This document shows positions 33,609 through 43,852 of a DNA stretch of 64,000 bases, in pieces; the stretch's first letter is position 1, and each line of letters begins with the position of its first letter. Both the position numbers and the translations under genes were made by a program. This stretch comes from a bacterium (GTDB lineage Bacteria; Hinthialibacterota; Hinthialibacteria; Hinthialibacterales; Hinthialibacteraceae), in the NCBI GenBank assembly GCA_963663405.2, contig CAXXSM010000105.1, positions 63,326 to 127,325 of the forward strand, in the 5' to 3' direction. The notes below the pieces were generated by a model. The model was not told the origin of the DNA and made no database searches. It saw nothing but the letters and a program-made list of their open reading frames with translations.

Positions 33609-34739
33609 TTATTCAACTACACTTAACTCCACCCGCCGGTTCAGTTTTCGGTTGTCTTCGGTGTCGTTAAGGCGGATGGGTTGTTTTTCTCCAAAGCCTT
33701 TCGTTTGGAGCCGCGCCTCGCTGATTCCTTTCGTTACGAGATATTCTTTGACGGCGTTCGCCCGTTTTTCGGAGAGAGTTTGGTTGAAGGCGTCGCTTCC
33801 GATCCAGTCGGTATGGCCATCGATACGGATTTTGACGCCGGCGTTTTTCGTAAGGACGGCGGCGACTTTGTCCAAAGCTTCAAAATGCGCCGGTTTGATC
33901 ACCGCGCTGTTGTAATCGAATTGCACGTTCTTGAGAACCCAGCATCCCCGGCTATCCACTTCGGCGCCTTCGGGCGTATCGGCGCATTCGTCTTTATCAT
34001 CGGGGATACCGTCGTTGTCGCTGTCTTTCGGTTTGGCTTCTTCGATTTTTTCCTCTTCCGCTTTAGGGCAGGCGCCGGAGAAGACATACCGCACAAAATC
34101 CCCCATGGATTCTGAATCAGGAAGCGAATCGACAGAATGATAGCTCCCGCAACCGGTCAGACTACTGAGCCGGTATAAAAGTGAGACGCCTTTTTGATCC
34201 GCGTCCACCGAAACGGTATGAATGCAAATGTTACCTTGATGCGTTTTGACCAACTCACGGGCGGCAAAATAGGCGGCGTTTGGTTCTTTTGCATTGCCAT
34301 CGGAAACGAGAACGATGGCGGTGGTTCCCGCCGCGTCTTCGAGTTCTTCGCAGATTTGCTTAAATCCGAGTTCCATCCGCGTCTCTCCACTATATTGATC
34401 GATTCGATCGACACACCCCAGCAATCCCGAACGATTGAACGGACGCAACGATTGCAACGTACTCGCCTCCCCATCGAACGTGATGAAACCCGCGCCGTAA
34501 ATCCCTTCAGGCATCAGATTGATAAACAAGCGCAGAAAATCGATTTCTTTCAGTGTCTTTCTTTCATCGCTCATAGAAATAGAGGTATCCGCCACGAGGA
34601 AAATCTGATTGATGGCGATCGAGGAATCTTGAAGCGCCATATCAGACGTTTTATGGGAAAGCCCCGCGCATCCAGAAAAGACGCCAAGAAGGGCCAAGGT
34701 CAATCCAAACAGCGCGCAAGTTGATACGAACCGGTTCAT
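33609..34739 (-). CDS. vWA-domain plus OmpA-like peptidoglycan-binding lipoprotein
   Basis: Lipobox VFSGC; MIDAS DTSIS...T...SDG; Asp-rich repeat DSDNDGIPDDKDEC; OmpA C-domain GHTD...NQTLSEKRA...NRRVE. Confidence 0.88.
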   Translation of the reverse strand: MNRFVSTCALFGLTLALLGVFSGCAGLSHKTSDMALQDSSIAINQIFLVADTSISMSDERKTLKEIDFLRLFINLMPEGIYGAGFITFDGEASTLQSLRPFNRSGLLGCVDRIDQYSGETRMELGFKQICEELEDAAGTTAIVLVSDGNAKEPNAAYFAARELVKTHQGNICIHTVSVDADQKGVSLLYRLSSLTGCGSYHSVDSLPDSESMGDFVRYVFSGACPKAEEEKIEEAKPKDSDNDGIPDDKDECADTPEGAEVDSRGCWVLKNVQFDYNSAVIKPAHFEALDKVAAVLTKNAGVKIRIDGHTDWIGSDAFNQTLSEKRANAVKEYLVTKGISEARLQTKGFGEKQPIRLNDTEDNRKLNRRVELSVVE

Positions 34740-34854
34740 TTATTTATCTCCTGTGTGATAGTAGTAAGAAATTGTAATTGTATCCTATAAACAAACCGAA
34801 TGCAAATGGCAGGCGCCACTTCCCGTTAGGACCACCCTTTAATTTTCCATAATC

Positions 34855-35130
34855 ATGCAATCTAGCGTCAAAACGGCGTATTTGAACATACGAATCAATG
34901 AAGAGAATATAGACTTGATCAGCCAAGCCGTCGCTCTTCGCAAACTCAGTTTGAGCGAATTTGTGATCGAAAACGCCTATGACGCGGCGACTCAGGTTTT
35001 AGCCGACAAAACCCACTTTATTCTATCCCCGGAAAAATGGGAGGAATTTTGCGATGCTCTGGATGCGCCGTCGAAAACCATTCCGGCTTTAATAGAATTA
35101 TTCAGCAGACCGAGTCCTTTTAATGAGTGA
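34855..35130 (+). CDS. DUF1778 (TacA/AtaR-like) RHH antitoxin
   Basis: LNIRI...LI.QA.......LSEFVIENA...A..VL......LS...W..F..ALDAP; overlaps the GNAT start. Confidence 0.85.
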   Translation: MQSSVKTAYLNIRINEENIDLISQAVALRKLSLSEFVIENAYDAATQVLADKTHFILSPEKWEEFCDALDAPSKTIPALIELFSRPSPFNE

Positions 35131-35323
35131 TCACCTCAAACCAAATCCACCTATCCCTATCGATAAACATCATGACTTGGATGATTTCGATTGTGGCGTT
35201 CCCGCGTTGAACAAGTACCTTAAGTCCTACGCTTACCAAAATCACCAGGCCGGAGGCGCCCGAACCTACGTAGCAACACGTATCTCTTGGGCTTCGCGCC
35301 AGTTCCCAATGACGTGTATGTAG
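35123..35323 (+). pseudogene. Truncated GNAT acetyltransferase toxin (TacT/AtaT-like)
   Basis: HDLDDFDCGVPALNKYLK..A.QN...G.ARTYV is the GNAT-toxin N-terminus; similarity ends at about aa 52 and no frame restores a full-length protein. Confidence 0.75.
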
Positions 35324-35407
35324 GCGAGGCGTATTTTATCGGGGAGTTTGCTGTCGAAAAAATCCTTTCAGTCGTTTATGGCAGGGGAACTGGCGTTTTA
35401 ATCCAAG
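35286..35407. repeat. About 120-bp imperfect hairpin element at the GNAT truncation point
   Basis: CGCCAGTTCCC (35297-35307) / GGGAACTGGCG (35385-35395) perfect 11-bp IR; outer CTTGG/CCAAG pair; further G-U pairing inside. Confidence 0.5.
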
Positions 35408-35473
35408 GTTAGTATAGAAAGGGCAGTAAGAAAAAAAGATGTCTCGGAGAGACGGGGATAAGCGCCGTGTCAC

Positions 35474-35917
35474 TCATGCGGGAATCTCCGGTGGATTTTC
35501 TACCCAACGAATAGAGGCGGAGTATTCTCCATGCTGAACCACGCGATCGAAAAATTTCCGGTCCGCAGTTACCGCAACGCTATGCAGGCGTTCGGCGGTA
35601 GCCAAGTAAAGGCAATCGTAGAGAGAATGCTGGATGGATACCGCCATTGTAAAAGCGCGTTCCATCAATGTTGATATCGGAATCAGTTCCAAAGTATCGG
35701 ATTGAAAAAGGTCTTGATAGGATTGCCATCCTTTTTCCGGCATAACATCCTGGAAACGGATTTTTTTCACAATCGCGTTGGCGAATTCTTATTGAATGAT
35801 GTCCGGGGCGCTCAAAGGAATTGCGCAATCAAAAAAGCGCAGGGCTTCTATCCACAACGGTTCGTCGTAAAACCATTTCACGGAGACACTAGCGTCAATG
35901 ATATAACACGCGGTCAT
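35474..35917 (-). pseudogene. vapC: PIN-domain (VapC-like) toxin with in-frame premature stop
   Basis: ATG 35917 overlaps the antitoxin stop (ATGA); MTACYIIDASVSVKWFYDE...APDIIQ*EFANAIVKK...SLYDCLYLATAE...VTADRKF; TAA at 35789-35791. Confidence 0.8.
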
Positions 35918-36156
35918 CGGCTGTCCCGATCTTCACGGATGAGCTGCGTGCTATCCGTTTTTTGCGGGCCAACCTTTTTGCGGAATTCATCAGCCTTGCG
36001 AACCAATTCAGCCCGGCTAAGCCGTTTGGGAGGCGGCGTTTGTGAAGTCAAGACGGTTTTCGCGTACTCTTCCACGCTGGTTCCCTGGGCGGTAGCCTGC
36101 GCCGTCAATTTCTGAATCAAATACTCGTCCACATCGCGGAGAATTAAATCGCTCAT
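35914..36156 (-). CDS. FitA/VapB-like RHH antitoxin
   Basis: MSDLILRDVDE...KL..QA...GTSVEE RHH pattern; C-terminal DSTQLIREDRD; upstream of the PIN gene. Confidence 0.85.
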   Translation of the reverse strand: MSDLILRDVDEYLIQKLTAQATAQGTSVEEYAKTVLTSQTPPPKRLSRAELVRKADEFRKKVGPQKTDSTQLIREDRDSR

Positions 36157-36561
36157 GGTTTTGCGCTCCCGATTTATCTTACTTACTAACCGTATTGTAG
36201 CATGGGAGAGTGGAAGAAAAATAGTGTTTAATAATCTCCATCATTTGATTCTATATTCTAAAAGAAAAAACATGAGACACGTTAAACCTCCAGATTCGAA
36301 AAGATTCAAATAAAGGTATTAGATTCCATTCTAGAAATAACGATTTAAAAAAGCGCGTATATTACCTATCAGCGCGCCCTCCTTCCGCGCCTATGACAAG
36401 AGAGCGCCTCATGATAAGATCAACACAAACTATGGATACGGTGAGAGAGACATTTCAACTATTGAAATGTCTTTCGCGTTCATCGACTTGCCGCTGGCTC
36501 TTTTTGTAATAGGTTACATGATGCGTGGCGGACCACTATAGAAACAAGGTGAATTGAAATT

Positions 36562-38052
36562 ATGTTTGCTCAAAAATGGCGTCAGCATTGGGGGTTGAGT
36601 GAAGACCCGTTCGGATGTGAAGACGCGGATAAGGATATTATTCTAACCGAAGTGGACGCGAGCGCGGTCCACTCCAGTTTCGACCGGATTTACGGCAACC
36701 CAAAAGCGCCGGCGCCGGGAATCATCTTCGGCGAAAAAGGCAGTGGCAAGAGCGCGCTGCGTTTAATGATGAGCCGGCGGATTACGCAGTACAACGAAGC
36801 GCATACAGACGAAAAAACTTTTTTAATTGAATACATCGATTTTAATACATACATCGAACAATTCCGCCAAAGGACAGGAATCCGCCGCCAATCTCAGCAG
36901 GCGGTGCGGGATGTGATCGACCGATGGAAAATCGCCGATCATCTCGACTGCATCCTCTCTCTCGGCGTGACAAAACTAGTCGACGAACAGCTTGCGCAAA
37001 AAAAGAAACATCGGAATATCTCACGAAAACCTATCATCGATCTACTCTTATTTACATCACTCTATTACAACTCGGATCGATTAACCGTACCCGAAGCGCT
37101 GAGAAAACTTCGTTCCCAAGTCGGTGGAGCCGGTTTTCGCAGCGCGAGACTATGGGCGTTATGGATATTTCTTGCCTTGGTGGGATTGTTCATTGGATTC
37201 ACGCCACATATATTTAACGCTTCGTTCCCCGCCCACAAATACTGGTATGGGCTGGGCGCGTTGGTCATATTTGCGACGAGTCTATGGGGTGTATTCAATC
37301 GATCACTGGGCTATTCCATCGCCGGAAAAGCGAGCCGGAGCGTGAAAATCCTGCCCCGCGACGCGGCGTCTCTCACGCAAATGATTCTCAATCTCTCTCC
37401 CAAAGAACGGAAAGAATTCGTCCTGCCTCGTGGTTCAAATGAATCCAGCCGGTACCAGTTGCTGCACCGTTTCCTCGGCGTATTAGAGATATTCGGCTAT
37501 CGGGGAATCTACGTTCTGATCGACCGTATCGATGAGCCATCCCTCTTTAGCGGAAACAATGAGGCGATGAAGCAGTTTATCGAAAAAATACTGGATATCA
37601 AACTGCTCCAATACCCACAACTGGGAATGAAACTCTTTCTGCCGATCGAATTGGACGAAATTTATCGAAACGCCACACCGGAACAATTGAAACGAATTCG
37701 ATTGGATAAATCGAATGTGGTTCCGGAATTGAAATGGAGCGGTCAGGAACTATTCGAGATCGCCAATCAAAGGATGCAAGCCTGCCCGGCGCCGGACAGC
37801 GAAGTAAGTCATTTATCCGGATTATTTGAAGAGGATTTTGACTTCAACCATCTTAGGGAAACTTTAACCGCGTTGGGCACTCCCCGTTACGCGTTTGGTT
37901 TTTTCTCTTCCCTCTTTACCGAATATGTGAAAGATTTACCTAACGAATTATCCGATAACGATCCCCGCTGGAAAATCCCCCGCGCTCATTTTGATATCAT
38001 CCGCGCCGCCTGGCTCGATCGATCCGGTGTGTTGCGGCGGGTGCTCAACTGA
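36562..38052 (+). CDS. Uncharacterised P-loop NTPase with two internal transmembrane helices
   Basis: Walker A IFGEKGSGKSA; hydrophobic pair LWALWIFLALVGLFIGF / YWYGLGALVIFATSLWGVF; Walker B-like YVLIDRIDE. Confidence 0.7.
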   Translation: MFAQKWRQHWGLSEDPFGCEDADKDIILTEVDASAVHSSFDRIYGNPKAPAPGIIFGEKGSGKSALRLMMSRRITQYNEAHTDEKTFLIEYIDFNTYIEQFRQRTGIRRQSQQAVRDVIDRWKIADHLDCILSLGVTKLVDEQLAQKKKHRNISRKPIIDLLLFTSLYYNSDRLTVPEALRKLRSQVGGAGFRSARLWALWIFLALVGLFIGFTPHIFNASFPAHKYWYGLGALVIFATSLWGVFNRSLGYSIAGKASRSVKILPRDAASLTQMILNLSPKERKEFVLPRGSNESSRYQLLHRFLGVLEIFGYRGIYVLIDRIDEPSLFSGNNEAMKQFIEKILDIKLLQYPQLGMKLFLPIELDEIYRNATPEQLKRIRLDKSNVVPELKWSGQELFEIANQRMQACPAPDSEVSHLSGLFEEDFDFNHLRETLTALGTPRYAFGFFSSLFTEYVKDLPNELSDNDPRWKIPRAHFDIIRAAWLDRSGVLRRVLN

Positions 38053-38114
38053 AACTTGGAGATTTAAACTCTAGTAACTATCATTTGTTTTCGCAGCCTA
38101 GAGGAGATACACAC

Positions 38115-38351
38115 TTGAATCGCGATGAAATTTTGAAAGTACTCGATGGCATGATCGAATACCAGGACCAAAAAGTACTCCAAATCGCCCGTCAATTTGA
38201 TCCGGCGCTGACACCGGAAGATATACGCAATCCCCAGGATTATCCGTTTCTCGCCACAAACCAGCGGTTCAATTTCGAAGATGGCATTCTTTCCGGATAC
38301 AAGAGCGTCCGGATTGCGTTGCTCGCGGAATGGAATCGTTTAGAAGGATAG
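38115..38351 (+). CDS. Small hypothetical protein (78 aa)
   Basis: GAGGAG RBS before TTG 38115; motif LTPEDIRNPQDYP.L....FNFEDGILSG. Confidence 0.7.
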   Translation: MNRDEILKVLDGMIEYQDQKVLQIARQFDPALTPEDIRNPQDYPFLATNQRFNFEDGILSGYKSVRIALLAEWNRLEG

Positions 38352-38443
38352 TCAGATAGAAGATGAAGTGAAATACAACTGTGCGTTTCTGTCCCCCATA
38401 ATATTGGAACAGTGTAAATTTTTTCAGGATTCAATATATCCAC

Positions 38444-38472
38444 TTGCTTTCCAACGCGGAGAAGGATATACT
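38444..38472 (+). promoter_or_regulatory. sigma70 promoter of the nusA-infB operon
   Basis: TTGCTT (38444-38449), 17 nt, TATACT (38467-38472). Confidence 0.65.
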
Positions 38473-38483
38473 GTAATTCCGAT

Positions 38484-38509
38484 AAGGTGGGGGCCTACCC
38501 CGCCTTTTT
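38484..38509 (+). terminator. Leader attenuator hairpin (rimP-leader-like)
   Basis: AAGGTGGGG-GCCTA-CCCCGCCTT-TTT just after the predicted transcription start. Confidence 0.65.
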
Positions 38510-38763
38510 CACGTAATATTCCTTGATTTCCCCTGAGTTGCGTATGCGTTGCGATGAATTCCCTGAGGGAGACCAGGGGAAGATTGTGTATAGTAGAAGC
38601 GGTGGTAAAAAGCCCCCGCAACCGGCGCCTGCGCCGGGTTGTAAATGAAATTAACCTATATAAATACAGTGTATAAAAACCAATTAATACATTTGTATTC
38701 AGAATTCTATTGATAGGTTTCAACTTTTGCCGTTACGTTATAGTTGGTTCGTGGAGCTAGCCA

Positions 38764-40317
38764 ATGTCCAAAGAGGTACTCGACATCCTCAATCGTATCA
38801 GTCTCGAGCGGAATATTCCCATCGAGACGTTGTTTGACGCGCTCGAAGCGGCGTTGGTATCCGCGTCGAAAAAAATGCTTCCCCCTGATGTAGAGGTAGT
38901 GGAAGCGGAACTGGATCGGGAAACAGGAGAATTCCGTGTTTACGCCAACATGGAGGTCGTTGAGGAAGTTGAGGACGAATATACGGAAATATCTTTAGAA
39001 GAAGCCAGGGAATACGTTGAAGACGTTCAAATCGATGAAACGCTTGTCATTGACGTGACCCCGGAAGATTTCGGCCGCATCGCCGCGCAGAGCGCGAAGC
39101 AAGTTATTACACAGCGCATCCGTGAAGCCGAGCGGGAAATGATTTATGATAAATACAAAAACAGCGTCAATGATTTGATCGCCGGGACGGTACAGCGATA
39201 CGAAAAAGGCAATGTCATCGTTGATCTCGGCAATGCGGAAGCCGCTCTGCCCAACCGGAATCAACCCCATGGTGAACGGTATCGGTATGGAGACCGGATC
39301 AAAGCGATCATCGTCGAAATCCGGAAATCAACGCGGGACGCGCAGATCATTCTCTCCCGCAATTCCCCCCTCCTTGTCACAAAACTCTTCGAACAAGAAG
39401 TGGCCGAAATCCGGGATGGAGTCGTTTCCATCCGGCTCGTGGCGCGCGAACCTGGGAAACGCAGCAAAATCGCCGTGCTTTCATCCGACAATGATGTCGA
39501 TCCCGTCGGCGCTTGTGTTGGCATGAAAGGCTCTCGCGTTCAAATGGTCGTCCAGGAACTGCGGGGTGAACGTATAGATATCGTCGAATTCAGCGATGAC
39601 AAAAAACGGTTCGTCGCCAATTCGCTCAAACCAGCCAATATTGAAAGTGTCGAACTGGCTGAAGGGAACAAGCGGGCCATGTTGGTGGTCCGCGACGATG
39701 AACTCGCCTTGGCGATCGGGAAAGGCGGCTTAAACGCGAAATTAGCCTCCCAATTGACGGGCGTCGAGATCGACATTATCTCCGAATCCCAATTGGCGGA
39801 ACGAGAATCCCAAGCCGCCAAAGATCTATTATTAATTCCTTCCATGGATGAATCCTTTGTGGATGGATTATTGTTGCAAGGAATCATTCAAATTGAAGAT
39901 GTCGTAAACGCCGGTGTGGATACAATCGCCAACGTCGAGGGTATCGATGATGAGTTGGCGGAAACGATCCTCAAAGAAGCCACCACGATTTTGGAAAGAC
40001 GAAAATCCGGAGAGCCCCTGGAAGAGAAAAAATTGGAGCCTCCTTCTAACGCTGAAGAGACGTTCTCTCCTGAAGAGGATGAAGAATCCAGTTCGATCAC
40101 GCTTGATGAATCTGAAGAAGAAATCAACGAAGAGGTGGATGAAGAGCAATCCAGCAAGACGGATGAAGGATTGCCCCCTATGGACACTGACAGTGATGAG
40201 AAACTAGAATCTCCGGAATCGATCTCTGCCGAAGAAGAAGCGTTCGCAGGCGCTGTCCATTCCGAAGTGGTTTCTGAACCGGAGTACCCGGAAGAAAGCG
40301 AAAAAGACGGATTATGA
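38764..40317 (+). CDS. nusA: Transcription termination/antitermination factor NusA
   Basis: FGRIAAQSAKQVITQRIREAER, AREPGKRSKIAV, DPVGACVGMKGSRV, LAIGKGGLNAKLA. Confidence 0.98.
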   Translation: MSKEVLDILNRISLERNIPIETLFDALEAALVSASKKMLPPDVEVVEAELDRETGEFRVYANMEVVEEVEDEYTEISLEEAREYVEDVQIDETLVIDVTPEDFGRIAAQSAKQVITQRIREAEREMIYDKYKNSVNDLIAGTVQRYEKGNVIVDLGNAEAALPNRNQPHGERYRYGDRIKAIIVEIRKSTRDAQIILSRNSPLLVTKLFEQEVAEIRDGVVSIRLVAREPGKRSKIAVLSSDNDVDPVGACVGMKGSRVQMVVQELRGERIDIVEFSDDKKRFVANSLKPANIESVELAEGNKRAMLVVRDDELALAIGKGGLNAKLASQLTGVEIDIISESQLAERESQAAKDLLLIPSMDESFVDGLLLQGIIQIEDVVNAGVDTIANVEGIDDELAETILKEATTILERRKSGEPLEEKKLEPPSNAEETFSPEEDEESSSITLDESEEEINEEVDEEQSSKTDEGLPPMDTDSDEKLESPESISAEEEAFAGAVHSEVVSEPEYPEESEKDGL

Positions 40318-40486
40318 TGAAATGGCGGAAAGCTGATAACGGAAGATGACAGTCCTCCGAACAAACATTGATCGAACATCCAATGTTTAGGCCAGCTGAC
40401 GCGCCCATACATACACAGAAGGAACAATTACCGTATGTAAACGAAAACAAAAATGAACAGAGAGCGGCCAGGGAGTCAAGACGTAT

Positions 40487-43390
40487 ATGCGAATCAATCA
40501 GATTGCTCGAAAATATGGACTGGAGAACAAGATCATTCTAACGTATCTAGAATCTATCGGTGTGCATGGAAAAAGCCATAGTTCGTCTTTGGATGAAGGT
40601 ACGATGGAACTTCTTTTAGGGCATTTCGACAAATTAGAGCAAGAAGAAAATCAACCCGAAACCCCAAAATCGAGTAATAAATTCGCCCGTATCCGCCGTC
40701 CAAAAGGCTGGAAACCAATCCCTAAAGCGCCGGCAGAAACTACGGAATACGCGACAGCCTCTCCTCCAGTCGAAGAGACCGCCGCAGAAGAAAAAGAAAC
40801 GGTGGAGACGCCCGTGTTAAAACCGGCGGAGAATGTCGTCGAGAAGATCGAGACGCCGCAACCAAAAGAAACCGAACCACCACGCATCGAAGAGACCGCT
40901 CTCAAAGAAGAGACTCCCTCCGTGGAAGAGTTCAAAAGCGAAGAAATACGAGCGCCAGAACCCGAACCGGAACCGGCGCCTCCCGCTCAATCTGTCGAAA
41001 CCATAACCGATCGAGAAAAAATACTGGCGGATATACGCAGAGCGAGAAAAGAAGCGTTCCCGGATAAAGAACTCCCGGAGGAAAAAGTCCAACCGGAAAA
41101 AACTCCTCCAGAAAAAGATAAAGATTCGAAAGAATCGAAAACGAGCGCTTCCCACGCGCCCGCCAGATCCAATAAAACCGCAAAACGGAGCAAACCCGAG
41201 AAGAAGACAAAAACGAGAACGATTACTCTCGGCGAAGCCCCACTCGACAGCAGGAAACCCGACATTACTGTAGAAACACCGAAAGTCCAGGAAAAAGACA
41301 TCCCGAAAGCCCACGAAGAACCGAAAAAAGGAAAACGAGCCAAACGGGAAGCCCGGGAAAAGAATAAACCCGTCGATCGCAATCAGGAAGAAGCCATTCG
41401 ACGTGAAATTCAGAAATTAAAGAAGAAACAACAGCAAAAGAAAGAAACGGTTTTCCTTAAAAAACCTGCAGATATTGAAGAGACAGCAGTGAAGAAGGGG
41501 GGGCCGAAGCCGCCCCCGAGCCGGCGCCGGGAAGCTCCAGCGAAGGGGAAAGGAAAACGCGCTTGGAAGAGAGAAAAGCGTGAAAAGCGTGAAATTCAGA
41601 TGGCTGAGGAAGAACAGAGGATTGAACGGGAAAGCACCGTTTTGAAAGTTCATGACGCCACAACAGTGGCGGATATCGCTGATGGAATCGGGATCCCCGC
41701 AAATGAATTAATCGTCAAACTGATCAGTCTCGGTGTCATGACCACGATCAACCAACATCTCGATTCCGATACGATTCAAATCATCGCCGATGAATATGAT
41801 TTACAGGTCGAACAGGTGGATCTCTTCGACAGCGACATTTTTACTACGCTGCGGGAAGAGGACATGGATGAATCGCGCATGGTTCCCCGCCCACCGGTAG
41901 TGACCATTATGGGCCATGTTGACCACGGAAAAACGAAACTCCTGGACGCGGTCCGTCAATCGGATGTCGTCTCTTCCGAAGCGGGAGGCATCACCCAGCA
42001 TATCGGCGCGTATCATGTTAAAACAAACCACGGTGAGGTGGTCTTCCTCGATACACCGGGACATGAGGCGTTTACCGCGATGCGCGCCCGTGGGGCGATG
42101 GTGACCGATATCGTGATTCTTGTTGTGGCGGCCACAGAAGGGGTGATGCCGCAAACCCGTGAGGCGATCGCCCATGCGCAAGCCGCTGACGTGCCCATTA
42201 TTGTGGCGCTGAATAAAATCGACCTGCCTGGCGCGAATGTCGATCAAGTTAAACAACAACTTTCCGAGCTGGGACTCGTCTGTGAGGAATGGGGCGGGAA
42301 GATTCCCATGACACCGATTTCGGCCAAACAACAAATCGGGATCGACGACTTGTTAGAAACCGTCTTGCTGCAGGCGGAGTTGCTCGAACTGAAAGCCGAT
42401 CCCTTCTGCCGCGCACGGGGTACGATTGTGGAAGGCAAACTCTCCAAAGGACGTGGCGCAGTCGCGACCGTGTTGATTCAGCAAGGGCAGTTGAAAATCA
42501 GCGATCCTTTCGTTACGGGTGTGCATTCCGGACGGATCCGGGCGATGGTCAACGACCGAGGCGAGCCGCTGCTAATAGCGGGACCTTCTATGCCGGTAGA
42601 GATTTTAGGATTGGAAGGAGTGCCTAGCGCTGGGGATCCGTTTATCGTTTCCAAAGATGACATCCAGGCCAAACAGATCAGCACACGCCTGCAACAGATT
42701 CAACGGGAACGCGATCTGCGGCGCGCCAGACACATCACCCTGGAAGAACTCCACAAGCAGATCGTAGAAGGAGAAGTAAAGGATCTGCGCGTCATCGTGA
42801 AAGGGGACGTGCAAGGCTCAGTCGGCGCCTTATCCGAAAGCCTTTTGAAAATTGAAAGTGATAAAGTCCGTATTCATATTATCCACAGCGGCGTAGGCTC
42901 GATCACGGAATCCGATGTTATGCTCGCGTCCGCTTCGAACGCCTTGATCGTTGGCTTCAATGTACGGCCTCATCCGCAGGTTGTAGACTTGGCGAAACAG
43001 GAACATGTGGATATTCGGCTCCACCGGGTGATTTACGACGCCATCGCCGAAATCAAACAGGCGATGACCGGCATGCTGGATAAAACCTATAAAGAGAATA
43101 TCATCGGCCGTGGAGAGATTCGCGAAGTGTTCAAAGTGTCCCGCAGCATGAGCATCGCGGGCTTGTACGTCCAGGACGGCAAACTCCTTCGGAACGCCTC
43201 CGTTCGCTTATTGCGCGATTCCGTTATCGTTCATGAGGGGAAACTCTCCTCTTTGAAGCGATTCAAGGATGATGTGCGTGAGGTGGCTTCCGGATACGAA
43301 TGTGGTATGGGACTGGAACGGTTTCAAGAAATGCGCGTCGGCGATATCGTTGAATGTTTTGAGCATGTCGAAGTCGCATCCACCTTATAG
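40487..43390 (+). CDS. infB: Translation initiation factor IF-2
   Basis: [61 protein letters not shown]. Confidence 0.99.
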   Translation: MRINQIARKYGLENKIILTYLESIGVHGKSHSSSLDEGTMELLLGHFDKLEQEENQPETPKSSNKFARIRRPKGWKPIPKAPAETTEYATASPPVEETAAEEKETVETPVLKPAENVVEKIETPQPKETEPPRIEETALKEETPSVEEFKSEEIRAPEPEPEPAPPAQSVETITDREKILADIRRARKEAFPDKELPEEKVQPEKTPPEKDKDSKESKTSASHAPARSNKTAKRSKPEKKTKTRTITLGEAPLDSRKPDITVETPKVQEKDIPKAHEEPKKGKRAKREAREKNKPVDRNQEEAIRREIQKLKKKQQQKKETVFLKKPADIEETAVKKGGPKPPPSRRREAPAKGKGKRAWKREKREKREIQMAEEEQRIERESTVLKVHDATTVADIADGIGIPANELIVKLISLGVMTTINQHLDSDTIQIIADEYDLQVEQVDLFDSDIFTTLREEDMDESRMVPRPPVVTIMGHVDHGKTKLLDAVRQSDVVSSEAGGITQHIGAYHVKTNHGEVVFLDTPGHEAFTAMRARGAMVTDIVILVVAATEGVMPQTREAIAHAQAADVPIIVALNKIDLPGANVDQVKQQLSELGLVCEEWGGKIPMTPISAKQQIGIDDLLETVLLQAELLELKADPFCRARGTIVEGKLSKGRGAVATVLIQQGQLKISDPFVTGVHSGRIRAMVNDRGEPLLIAGPSMPVEILGLEGVPSAGDPFIVSKDDIQAKQISTRLQQIQRERDLRRARHITLEELHKQIVEGEVKDLRVIVKGDVQGSVGALSESLLKIESDKVRIHIIHSGVGSITESDVMLASASNALIVGFNVRPHPQVVDLAKQEHVDIRLHRVIYDAIAEIKQAMTGMLDKTYKENIIGRGEIREVFKVSRSMSIAGLYVQDGKLLRNASVRLLRDSVIVHEGKLSSLKRFKDDVREVASGYECGMGLERFQEMRVGDIVECFEHVEVASTL

Positions 43391-43434
43391 CGGCGGCCGT
43401 TTCCTCCTGTTAATCCGTTACGGAACAATGGACG

Positions 43435-43716
43435 ATGATTATTGGCGTTCTTGATGTTTCCATCATGATTCCCGATTCCCATTCACTCAAAGAAAAACGC
43501 CGAGTGATCCGGAGTCTTAAAGACCGCATCAAAAAACGTTTTAATGTCTCTCTCGCGGAAACGGAAGGACAAAACACATGGCAGCGGTGTGAATTGACCG
43601 TTGTCATGGTGGCGTGTCAGAAAACCGCTATAGAACGGGAACTCAATCGCATCGTTGATCTAATCGGCGCTACACCCGAAGCGGCGTTAACCGAACACTG
43701 GATTGAATATTATTAA
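43435..43716 (+). CDS. DUF503 (YlxP) family protein
   Basis: HSLKEKRRVIRSLKDRIKKRFNVSLAE; conserved position between infB and rbfA. Confidence 0.9.
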   Translation: MIIGVLDVSIMIPDSHSLKEKRRVIRSLKDRIKKRFNVSLAETEGQNTWQRCELTVVMVACQKTAIERELNRIVDLIGATPEAALTEHWIEYY

Positions 43717-43852
43717 CGGTCGCGGCGCGGCAAGACTTATATCCTGATTAATTATATAAGAAGCGTCGATTAACCGTTTCAACTTTAGCAATACACTATA
43801 TCAATGGACAAACATTAGATATTACTGAAAACAAATCACGGTTCCCAGAATC

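Noticed and set aside
35281-35412. Alternative frame (…FIGEFAVEK…YGRGTG…) as a frameshifted continuation of the GNAT toxin
   Set aside because: Resemblance to the acetyl-CoA motif is weak, the joined product would be only about 96 aa, and the region is better explained as a hairpin element
35789-35791. Stop-codon reassignment or readthrough in the PIN gene
   Set aside because: TAA is the normal stop for many genes here (lepA, atpA, atpD, pnp); a nonsense mutation or base error is simpler
38424-38723. 99-aa minus-strand ORF, or a hidden rimP, upstream of nusA
   Set aside because: No RimP motifs seen; the region holds the promoter and leader hairpins
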